DNA of 32,000 nt from Candidatus Saccharimonadota bacterium (GCA_030429145.1 JAUIDC010000001.1:720001-752000); one strand, 5' to 3'; shown: positions 22,710-31,750, counted from the stretch's first letter. The notes: generated by a model from the letters alone, not told the origin. Translations and numbers: made by a program.

Positions 22710-23888
22710 TTGATTACTGATTGATATCCTTATGGCAAATCGCTATACATAGGAGTTTTATTTTTTTCGTCATCTCCCGTGCCAATACTTGTCGTCTGAG
22801 CGTTACTTGTGATCATCGGTATACTCGCTATTTATAGCGTGAGTATTCACGAATCTTTTACGCTTACTCTGACAAAAGTTGCAGCGGGCGTACTGGCAGA
22901 GCCGTCGAATTATTTCTATTTCAATAAGCATATTATCAATATCATAGTTGCTCTTGGTGTGGCGCTTATTACCTATAAAATTCCTCTTAAATTTTTCAAA
23001 AAATACAATCATATCATCTTCGTGCTCGCATTTATCTTCCAGCTTCTTGTGTTTACAGGGCTCGGATTGTCGCTACAGGGTGCAAAGGGGTGGCTGTATC
23101 TGTGATTCACAACTATTCAACCTTCTGAGTTTTTTAAACTCGCATTTGTTATCTTTTTTGCTGGCTGGCTTGTGAGAAAAAAGCATGTGTTAAAAACGAT
23201 GCGCTGATATCTCGCATTTCTTTTTATCGTTGGAATAAGCTCTATCGTTTTTCTTGCTATCCCAGACCTCGGAACATTATTGGTAATCATCCCTCTTTCT
23301 TTCATCATGATGCGATATGGAGGAGGGAAACTGAAACATCTTGCACTGATTTTAATTGGTTGTCTTGGAGTGGGTATCCTTGTGGGTATGCAGTTTGGTT
23401 ACATTAGAAACAGATTGGAGTCGTTTGTTAATCCAAGCGCAGATACCACCGGTAAGGGTATTTCATATCAGATCAATCAGTCCCTCATTGCTGTCGGTGC
23501 CGGCGGTATCTTTGGCAAATGATATGGCAAAGGCTTACAGAAATTCTGATATATTCCTGAGGCACAGTCAGACTTTATCTTTGCTGCCTTCTCAGAAGAA
23601 ATAGGATTCTTCGGTAATATGGTTTTACTTGCATTGTATTTCTTTTTGGCATATAAGTTTATTAAACGTCTGCCTGAGACCAAAGATGAGTATGCAAAAA
23701 ACTTGGGTGCAGGTATCATTTCATTGATTATTATCCAGATGTTTGTTAATATTTGAGTAAATGTGAAGCTCCTTCCATTGACCGGATTGACGCTTCCATT
23801 TATCAGTGCGGGATGATCTGCGTTGATGGTGAATATTATTGAGTTGGTGCTTTTATATAAGATCGCTTATAAGAACGAGAAACTCTAA
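22710..23888 (+). CDS. SEDS-family peptidoglycan polymerase FtsW/RodA (start uncertain; TTG 22710 proposed)
   Basis: Motifs QPSEFFKLAFVIFFA, PEAQSDFIFAAFSEEIGFFG and LPLTGLTLPFISAG-[TGA]-SAL. About 8 in-frame TGA codons. The track's GTG start at 22809 would cut TM1. Confidence 0.8.
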
Positions 23889-24517
23889 TGTTGTTAGTAA
23901 ATGATCAAGGTATATTGTCGTTGGGTAGTCCGATCGAGTGAAGAGAATTTACTCGCTACTTTTCGTGATTTTCGGTGACATCGCTTGATCAGGAGCTAAT
24001 AGCCTATCATAAGAAAACGATACAGTCGAAGCACTGGAAGGATATTGGTTCGGGGCAGGAGGTCTTTCTTTGCAGAAAAAAAATCGAGGACAAAGACTTA
24101 GAACATATACGTGAGATATGTGTAAAATATGGCCAACTCATGCTACGTGGGGATGCAATACATGGTATTCAAGTACATGTACCTCTTACTTCTGACTATC
24201 TTGGCAAAGAGGACTACTTTACTGGTTTGGTCAACGAGCTACGGGGGCAAGGCTATGTGATCGTGCAGAGTATTGTACAAACAAAAGACTATCCACTGGT
24301 GCAGTGGTCTATTACTGATCCGGCTCTCTTGCAAACACTCGTGTCGATGATGAAAGAGATTGAAAATACAGAGGGAACCGATATAGTACAGAACATTGTT
24401 GCAATAGATCGTAGAGACAATATCTTAGCTGAACTTGTCAATCGGTGCGAGCAACAGTGATGAGATGCATCTCTGCTAGATGAGTACGATATTGCACTCC
24501 TCAAGTGCGATACATAA
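23888..24517 (+). CDS. hypothetical cytoplasmic protein (209 aa)
   Basis: Its ATG overlaps the ftsW/rodA stop (TAATG at 23886-23890). Four in-frame TGA codons; TAA at 24515-24517. No family was recognised. Confidence 0.55.
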
Positions 24518-24522
24518 TATAT

Positions 24523-24593
24523 AGGGGGTTAGTGTAGTGGTAACACAACGGTCTTCGGAACCGTCATCGTCAGTTCGAACCTGGCACTCCCTG
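24523..24593 (+). tRNA. tRNA-Arg (UCG), no encoded CCA
   Basis: The acceptor stem AGGGGGT/ACTCCCT, D stem GTGT/ACAC and anticodon stem ACGGT/ACCGT all pair. The anticodon loop is CTTCGGA and the T arm is GTCAG-TTCGAAC-CTGGC. Confidence 0.85.
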
Positions 24594-24658
24594 ATTACTC
24601 TTGTAACTTAGAGAGTTAAAATGAAATATAATAATAAATTTTAAAATCATAATATTCA

Positions 24659-25252
24659 ATGTCTGCGATAGAACTTACGGAAATACCAATCTCATGACAA
24701 CTAGAAGAAGTTAATTTTGGTACATCTAATAATTTGTATCGGGTTAAATTTACTGATAAATGAGTTAATAGTTGGGTCGGTAAATTTAATTTTGGTCTTG
24801 GGGAGTATTCTACGGTACTTAATGTTGATGATTCTCATGCTGTTATAATAGCAGGAGGAGACATATATTATATAAACTTTAAGCAAAGAAAGATCTTGTT
24901 TTCTGTTATAGATGCAGGAATCCGTTGAGTGATAGTACATAATAATGAAATAATTGTACATACATATCGACGAATACAAATATATTCTTTTACATGAGAT
25001 ATATTATATGATAGTCGCAATGATAAGGCAATCTTAGACGACTTAATTTTTGAAAAGATTGAAAATAATGTTTTATATGGTGTTTTCTACTCTTCATCTT
25101 ATTCTGACACTAAAGGGTCGTTTATGCTAGATATTTTGACTAGAACAATTACTACTAGAATAATTATTACACAATATAACCCTCCTCATAAGGATAAATA
25201 TAATAATACTCAAAGTATACTCGCTAGGCTTAAAAGCCTTTTTTCAAAATAA
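24659..25252 (+). CDS. orphan hypothetical protein (197 aa) in an AT-rich inter-tRNA segment
   Basis: The frame has 197 codons with no TAA/TAG in roughly 30% GC sequence and four in-frame TGA codons. It is invisible in the standard-code ORF track. A terminal hairpin AGGCTT-aa-AAGCCT plus a T-run sits at the stop. Confidence 0.55.
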
Positions 25253-25330
25253 CCATCCTGTTTTTTTGTATCAAGACGCTTTTTTCTTGCTATTCAACCC
25301 ACTTTCGCTATATTGAGGCAACTGGCTTTT

Positions 25331-25405
25331 GATCCCGTCGTTCAACGGATAGGACACGACCCTGCGAAGGTCGTAATGCAGGTTCGATTCCTGCCGGGAT
25401 CGCCA
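25331..25405 (+). tRNA. tRNA-Arg (GCG), CCA encoded
   Basis: The acceptor stem GATCCCG/CGGGATC and anticodon stem CGACC/GGTCG pair perfectly. The anticodon loop is CTGCGAA, the T arm is GCAGG-TTCGATT-CCTGC, and the discriminator G is followed by CCA. Confidence 0.85.
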
Positions 25406-25436
25406 TAATAGACTCTTTAGCATTGATCCTGTGCGT

Positions 25437-26195
25437 ATGTACTCAGATGTATGTGAGAAACTGATGGAGCAGAATGCAGCGAACTTCATTTCGCTCTTCA
25501 ACGAGATAGACAAATATCTTGATAAGCTTTTACAGACAGAGAAGTTTCTGCCATACAACGAGAAACTCAAACAGGTGACAGAGTGAGAGTTCTCTATCTC
25601 ACACTATGTAAATAAGAACCAAGCAAAACTCAAATATTTCGGAGAACTAAGAAATCATATTGCCCATGGGCAACAGCTACAAGGACAATACTATAGCGTT
25701 CCGACATATCGTGCAGTGGATGAACTGAGAAAGGCAAAAGAACAAATACTTTCACCTATGCCTGCCATAGATCTTTTCAAAAAAGAAGTTCATACTTGTA
25801 AGACGACAGACCTCTTGCAAAATATTCTCATAGAGATGAGAAACCGTAACAATAGTCACCTACCGGTGTATGATAATACAGGTCTCTTTGTGGGTGTGTT
25901 AACTGAAAGCGTTATCTCTAACTGGCTTTCGACAAAATGAGCAAAGGGCCCAGTAAATATGAATACTACTCGTGTGGGGGATCTTGATTTGACCCAGGGA
26001 AATGATGAGTATGTATTCATCCCGAAAAATAAGAGTATTTATGAGGTAGAATCTCTTTTTGAGAAAAAAGTGATGTGAGATAAACCACTCGGTGTAGCGT
26101 ATATTACAGAAAAAGGGGAGTCGAGAGAGAAGATAGAAGGTATTGTAACTGTCTTGGATCTTCCTAAGATAGCAAAGTATGACTTTATAGCATAA
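25437..26195 (+). CDS. HEPN-like (Rx4H motif) N-terminal domain fused to a CBS-domain pair
   Basis: ELRNHIAHG (25650-25667) lies in a helical N-terminal domain. Two CBS-like units follow (LPVYDNTGLFVGVLTESVISNWL; IEGIVTVLDL). Three in-frame TGA codons. The gene starts 31 nt after the tRNA. Confidence 0.6.
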
Positions 26196-26200
26196 CTTCC

Positions 26201-27229
26201 ATGCAAACGATGGATAAGAAGAGCATTATAGCTGACTTAAAAAAAGTAGCATCTGCAGCAGAGCTAGACCAATGGTATGAGAAATATCTTGGTAAAAAGT
26301 GAGAAATCACCGTAGCCTATAAGAGCATGGGAGAGCTTTCTCCTGAAGAGAAAAAAGAGATGGGTCAGAAACTTGGAGAGATTAAGACTGAAGCGACAGC
26401 GCTCTACGAGGAAAAAAATACTGCTTTTCAACGTGACGCTATCAATGAGCAGCTTGCAAATGATCTCGTAGATATTTCTCTCGACTTACCACTTGTAAAG
26501 ACTGGCCATGCGCATCTTCTGCAAAAAGAAAGAAGACTTATCGAAGAGATTTGTCAGTCTATGGGTTTTATCATCGAGTACGGTAAGGATGTCGTAACAA
26601 AATACGAAAATTTCTATTCGGTAAATATCCCAGCGTCACATCCTGCTACCGAAATGCATGATACTTATTTTCTCTCACAACATGACGATCAAGGAGATAA
26701 TCTCGTGCTTCGCACGCATACATCTTCGATGCAAAATGAATTGATGAAGCGTTACGGAGTACCTTTAAAGACAGTTGTGCCTGGTAAAGTCTATAGACAT
26801 GAAAACACTGATGCATCACATGATACAGTGTTCTGGCAGTTAGAGGGACTGGTAATAGATAAAGATATCAGCATAGGAAACTTCAAAGAGATGATGATGT
26901 CGCTACTGTCAGCCATCTTCGGAAAGGATACAAAGATCAGGATGAGACCTGCCTACTTCCCATTTGTTGAACCAGGTTTTGAAATAGATGCAAGTTGTCC
27001 AATTTGTGAACAGAAGGGATGTTCTCTGTGTAAACAAACAGGATGGATAGAGATACTCGGTGCCGGTATGGTGCATCCAAATGTACTGAAGGAGGGTGGA
27101 GTCGACCCAAATGAGTATACAGGTTTTGCCTTTGGTATTGGTCTCAACAGAGTCGTTGCTATCAAGTATGACATCAAAGACATCAGGTACTTCACCAACG
27201 GTGATTTGAGATTTCTTCAGAGTTTTTAA
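26201..27229 (+). CDS. pheS: phenylalanine--tRNA ligase alpha subunit
   Basis: YLGKK-[TGA]-EIT...LSPEEKKEMGQ, and class II motifs LRTHTSSMQ, YRHENTDASHDTVFWQLEG and GFAFGIGLNRV. Confidence 0.9.
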
Positions 27230-27233
27230 TAGG

Positions 27234-27256
27234 CTGTCCCTAAGGGCAGTTTTTTT
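27234..27256 (+). terminator. rho-independent terminator after pheS
   Basis: CTG(T)CCC-taa-GGGCAG followed by T7. Confidence 0.65.
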
Positions 27257-27337
27257 GTAGATTTTTGCCGATTTCACTTGCTTTTTCTCTTTCTATATAT
27301 ATAGTATCAGCAATTTAGTTTATGTCAATAACTTCTG

Positions 27338-29503
27338 ATGAGAGCAGTGCTTAAGTTTATCATCCAAGTTGGCCTTATCTTCTTGCTTTTACGAATTCTT
27401 ATAAAGTACACAACACTTGATGACAAGGTTGTCACTTTTTTCCGTGCAAATAGCTCAATTTCACAGACGGGTAGCGTCGTACAACAGGATCGTGTCATGT
27501 GTACCACACCATGGGGTGTGCAGATCCCAGATGGTTCAAGTACCTATGCGTATGAGCAAACATCGCAAGGGGAGTGTAAAGAGGAAATTAGAACATGTAA
27601 CGGTGGAATACTCGATGGTTCATATCAGTCTCCTGCCTGTGCAAATGATACAAATCAGACGCCAACACAAAATGACGATACTTCCATCTCATTTGGTATG
27701 GCATGTACAACGCCACGAGGCGAAACAGTCAATGATGGTGCATATATCATAGCCTATGAAAGCACAAATTCATGTAGATTTGAAAAAAGATACTGTCAGG
27801 ATGGTGTTCTCAATGGTTCATTTTCAGCGCACACGTGCTACTCACCAAGAGAAGTTTCTCAACAACCAGCACAGCAATCTACAACAAATACGCAGGTAGT
27901 GACTACTACGCCAAATATCACTACTGTTAACTATGGGCTTATCGAAGATAAAGGAGCTTCTGACTATCAGTGACCATCAAGAACATCCACAAATGGCGTC
28001 ACTACAGTGATATATTCATGGGATGATAATAAAACAAATCCTGTAAGTAGATCAGCGAACGATAGCAAGTATATACAGCCTACTGTCTACAGAAATTTTG
28101 ACCTTACACAGCATGGTTGTATGACACCACGAGGTACATACCTTGATCATGGTGACAATGTGATCGCATATAGATCACCAACACCTGAGAGTAATGGAGC
28201 ATCATGTACCTATGAGAGAAGAACATGTTTCCAAGGTATGCTTGGAGGAAGTTATGCATACTCTTCATGTTCATTGGGAGATAGTAAAAATATTATCAAT
28301 AATAATGGACAAGATTACTATTATCCTCAAAAAACAACTTATTATCCAACCTATCCAAGATACTATTCGAACGCTAAATCATGTACAACATCACGAGGCG
28401 AAACAGTACAACACGGTGATTATGTACTTGCCTATAAGAGTTCATATACATCTCAGGGTAAATCATGCCAAGGGGAGTATAGATATTGTAACAATGGAAA
28501 ACTCGATGGTTCATACCAGAACAAGTCTTGTATCATGTCACAGGATAAGTACCGTTGTGTGTTGCCACGAGGTGGAACCGTACCACATGGTTCGTCTGTC
28601 GTTGCATATGCAAATAGCTCGTCACCATGTGCTAGTCAGCTAAGAACTTGTAATTATGGAAGACTTTCTGGTACGTATACCTATCAGTCATGTGAGCAAA
28701 AGAGAGACTACTATAGAAGCTGTCAGCTTCCGTGGGGTGGAACAATCCCTCATGGTGCTTCAGCTATAGCTTACAATAGCCCATATGGTCAATGTTTCAG
28801 TCAAAAGAGAACATGTTATGATGGCTCTCTAGCTGGAAGTTATCAGTTCTCATCATGTTCAAATAACTATAATCCTCACAGCCGATGTGCTTTTGGCAAC
28901 TGTCATGGAGGATACAACAATAATCACAATAACTACCATAGCTGCCAACTTCCACGAGGTGGAAGTATCGCGCATGGCGCGTCTGTCACAGCCTACAATA
29001 GCCCAAGTGGTTCTTGTTACAGCCAAACGAGAACATGTTACAATGGCTACCTCAATGGTTCTTACCAGTACGGCTACTGTAATAAGTATCCAACCTGTAC
29101 AGGAAATAACTGTGGAAACAATAACTATAGGAGTTGTCAGCTTCCATGGGGAGGTAGTATAGCACATGGGGCAAAAGTAGAGGCTTATCAAAGTACTTCT
29201 GCACCTTGTTACAAGCAAACGAGAACCTGTAACAATGGCTATCTCGATGGCAACTACCAATATAGCTATTGTAATGCAACTAATCCTGGAGGAGGCCAAG
29301 ACTACTACGGTAATTGGATAGATGTCGGTGTAAAACAAGGTGACATGGATGGCTATGATACTTGTAACAACAATAGTGCATCGTCATATCTCTGTGGAAG
29401 CGAAGGAACAAACAGCTGTACCGACTATAGTAGAGTATCATGTACATCATTCTCTCCATTGGTATGTACCTACTGGAAGAGAGATGTGAAGTGTGTGAAA
29501 TAA
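27338..29503 (+). CDS. secreted/anchored cysteine-rich protein with eight tandem 4-Cys modules (721 aa)
   Basis: Track ORFs 27338.. and 28007.. share a frame and are joined by a single TGA (27971). Hydrophobic N-terminus FIIQVGLIFLLLRILI. Repeated module: C-x2-P-[WR]-G-x-x-[IV]-x-[HD]-G-x5-AY-x6-11-C-x5-[RY]-x-C-x-[NDQY]-G-x-L-x-G-[ST]-[YF]-x4-C. Confidence 0.8.
27500..29272 (+). repeat. eight protein-level tandem repeats (45-51 aa each) inside the Cys-rich CDS
   Basis: Module spans: 27500-27640, 27704-27838, 28118-28270, 28382-28531, 28556-28693, 28721-28858, 28943-29080, 29135-29272. The last four are closest to each other (CQLPWGGxIxHGA...). The DNA copies have diverged. Confidence 0.8.
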
Positions 29504-29530
29504 GAGATTTTCTGAGAAATCTTACATAAG

Positions 29531-29557
29531 AAAAACTCCCATAAAGGGAGTTTTTTT
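29531..29557. terminator. bidirectional terminator between the Cys-rich gene and the convergent murD fragment
   Basis: AAAAA-CTCCC-ataaa-GGGAG-TTTTTTT. Confidence 0.7.
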
Positions 29558-29568
29558 GATAGATAGTT

Positions 29569-30288
29569 CTAATAAACAGAGAGATTTTTGACGCATTGAT
29601 TGAACGTGTCTCAGCGTTTCTTGTAGTTTTTAAACATATCAAAGCTTGGGGCGGCGGGAGAGAGGACTACAGCATCGTCTTTCTCGTTAGCAGCTTCACG
29701 AGCTTGGTTTACTGCCTCTTGCATACTAGATGCAGTAGATATACTTCGTGTTTGGTCAAACGTGTGAAGAAGATTTTTCCAGTAGTGTGGATCACTACTC
29801 AGACACACAATATGTTTTACTTTTGTATTGATCTCATCTATGACTGCCTCCGGTGGTTCTTTGATGTTCTGAGTTTTCCCTCAGATAATGAGGACTGTTG
29901 GCTGTTTTATATGAGCTAATGCGTATCGCAGAGTATTCCAGTTTGATGAGATGCTATCGTTGAAGTAGTCTATGCCTGAGAATCTACCAATATGCTGCAT
30001 TTTATAGGGGGTTTCTTCAAGTGTTGTGAGCGCTTCTATGAGTTGTGCTTTCCTGATGAGACCTCTATTTCCGTTGAGTTTCCCAACCAATCATGCTTTG
30101 ATATGATTGTTGAAGTCTATCTCTTTGAGACGATTGAAATCAGCTATCGTTTCTGCCTCATGACCATGGTGACGTTGAAAAGCGTGTTCATCGATTCACT
30201 TTGCTTTAAGCATTCCTCTTTTCTCATAGGTAAAAACGCTAATGATTATATAAAATCATTGCTTCATGTCAATCTTTCAAAAGAACAT
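29569..30288 (-). pseudogene. murD: murD (UDP-N-acetylmuramoylalanine--D-glutamate ligase), C-terminal ~240 aa only; N-terminal Rossmann domain and an intact P-loop are missing
   Basis: Motifs LVGKLNGNRG, GIDYFNDSISSNWNTL, VLII-[TGA]-GK and VVLSPAAPSFDMFKNYKKR-[TGA]-DRF. The frame is closed by TAA at 30310-30312 upstream. No ORF encoding ITGTNGKST lies above it. Confidence 0.55.
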
Positions 30289-30408
30289 GAAAAACACCAG
30301 TTGATACCCTTAAGTTATCAAGAAAGTGGGCATTTTGGCACTTATTACATATTATATATATGAAGTCAACCATCTATGTAGTAAATAAGTATTTATGTAT
30401 GATCTGTT

Positions 30409-30441
30409 TTGCGAATTTCTGAGAAATCTCTATTATATAAT
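30409..30441 (+). promoter_or_regulatory. candidate sigma70-like promoter (TTGCGA ... TATTATATAAT) facing the structured non-coding stretch
   Basis: TTGCGA at 30409-30414. The overlapping -10 candidates TATTAT, TTATAT and TATAAT at 30431-30441 give spacers of 16, 18 and 21 nt. Confidence 0.3.
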
Positions 30442-30628
30442 CATCACGTTGCCTAGGGAAAAGGTTGTCGCCTCTCCTTGGATGATATGGTCGAGGTATC
30501 CCTCGTAAAACCAGTTATCACTCCTATGAAAGCATATGAGGATAACACTCTATGCTCTGGTTTGTTGAGGTTTTCTCCAAAATCAACTGGCTGACTGTAT
30601 TTCTTTCATCCGTTTGATCTTGGCGAAA

Positions 30629-30683
30629 GCCACCTCGACGGATCAGGGTCGAGGTGGCGGTATCCGCTGCCTTTTTCTTTTTT
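30629..30683 (+). terminator. plus-strand terminator-like element (11-bp GC-rich hairpin, small second hairpin, T-run)
   Basis: GCCACCTCGAC-ggatcagg-GTCGAGGTGGC (30629-30658), then GCGG-tat-CCGC, then TTTTTCTTTTTT (30672-30683). Confidence 0.45.
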
Positions 30684-30713
30684 GAAAAAAATCCCCGTTG
30701 ATTAACGGGGATT
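30683..30713 (-). terminator. rho-independent terminator of the 309-aa gene
   Basis: On the minus strand: AATCCCCGTT-aatc-AACGGGGATT followed by T7, about 25 nt after the stop at 30739-30741. Confidence 0.65.
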
Positions 30714-30738
30714 CGTATAATATTATTCTATTTTGTTG

Positions 30739-31668
30739 TTATGCAGGCGGATAGAGAAACTTGAGAAATAATTTATCAAACTTTTTAAGTTCATCATGTC
30801 CTATTGCTTGCATGTGTTGATCTATACTGGTTCTGAAACTAGCACCTGCAAGTAATGCCCAAAGCACAAAAAGATTGCCTACTGGTAGTAATGATGGATA
30901 TCCATATCTCATGGCTGTGGCCATTGGATTATATGCAGGTTTTTCACTACGTATAGTGATGGCTTCATCCATGACTATTTCCCATTCTTTTTTCTTTCGC
31001 CCTATAAACGGCGGATTATTGCTAATCTTTTTCCACATTGTTTCACATTCTGATACAGCATCCATGAGATTCTTATTGAGGTTACTCATGAAAGATTCTT
31101 TATGTGGAACGCGAAGATATTCTCGCCAAACAATATGCTGGCTTTGTTTCTCTTGGAAATGTGCATCGTTGAGAATTGAAAACGATGCCGTCAGAGCAGT
31201 TTCTTTATCCCATCTATCTTTGATGAGGAATGCCATTCTGTATGACTTAGTGCCTGGTAAGCAATCGTTAGCTATAAATAATAACTGTACCTGCTTGTCT
31301 TGCTGATAACTATCAGCAAGGCTGCTTCTGTCGTAAAATCCTTTGACTAATTTGTATCCGAGAGAATACATGAGTTTGGTCAAAAATGTCCTATCGGTAG
31401 TGATGAAACTCTCATTGTTTTCGTTGGTTAGCTCTCTTTTTTTGATGGTTTCCCAACTTGCAAAAAGATCATATAAATTTTGCAGATCGAGATCATCTTT
31501 ATCAAAGGTAGGAATATTTGCTACTTTGATGCCGGTGATACAAGCTGTCTTGATTTTACGGCGTGAAGTTGCCTTTCGATTTCTCATATCGGTGATAACA
31601 CCTTTTATACTACTTTGAATGATGCGATTGACCAGTGATTGGCCAATGAGATGTGTTCTGTAATTCAT
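30739..31668 (-). CDS. orphan hypothetical protein (309 aa), family not recognised
   Basis: An uninterrupted ATG-to-TAA ORF with no in-frame TGA and its own terminator. It sits between mnmA and the truncated murD. Confidence 0.6.
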   Translation of the reverse strand: MNYRTHLIGQSLVNRIIQSSIKGVITDMRNRKATSRRKIKTACITGIKVANIPTFDKDDLDLQNLYDLFASWETIKKRELTNENNESFITTDRTFLTKLMYSLGYKLVKGFYDRSSLADSYQQDKQVQLLFIANDCLPGTKSYRMAFLIKDRWDKETALTASFSILNDAHFQEKQSQHIVWREYLRVPHKESFMSNLNKNLMDAVSECETMWKKISNNPPFIGRKKKEWEIVMDEAITIRSEKPAYNPMATAMRYGYPSLLPVGNLFVLWALLAGASFRTSIDQHMQAIGHDELKKFDKLFLKFLYPPA

Positions 31669-31750
31669 GATATAGATACTTTTCTTTTGTTACGAATTTG
31701 TTTACGAGGAAAGTATACTTTCCCATGCGAGAAAATCAACCAAATCTCTT

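Noticed and set aside
24523-24593. Possible UGA-decoding tRNA-Gly(UCA)
   Set aside because: The anticodon loop reads CTTCGGA, so the anticodon is UCG (Arg). The suppressor-type tRNA is not in this window.
25271-25570. 99-aa minus-strand ORF
   Set aside because: It runs across tRNA-Arg(GCG) and is antisense to the start of the HEPN-CBS gene.
28194-29338. Overlapping ORFs inside the Cys-rich gene (28194..28643 +, 28887..29162 +, 28859..29338 -, 29052..29279 -)
   Set aside because: These are alternative-frame shadows of a repetitive coding region. The frame with the conserved Cys/Gly periodicity is the only one continuous over 2.1 kb.
30487-30705. 72-codon plus-strand ORF (table 25) in the murD-upstream gap
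   Set aside because: It would read straight through two terminator hairpins and a T-run and has an odd composition. The region is more likely non-coding RNA or decayed sequence.
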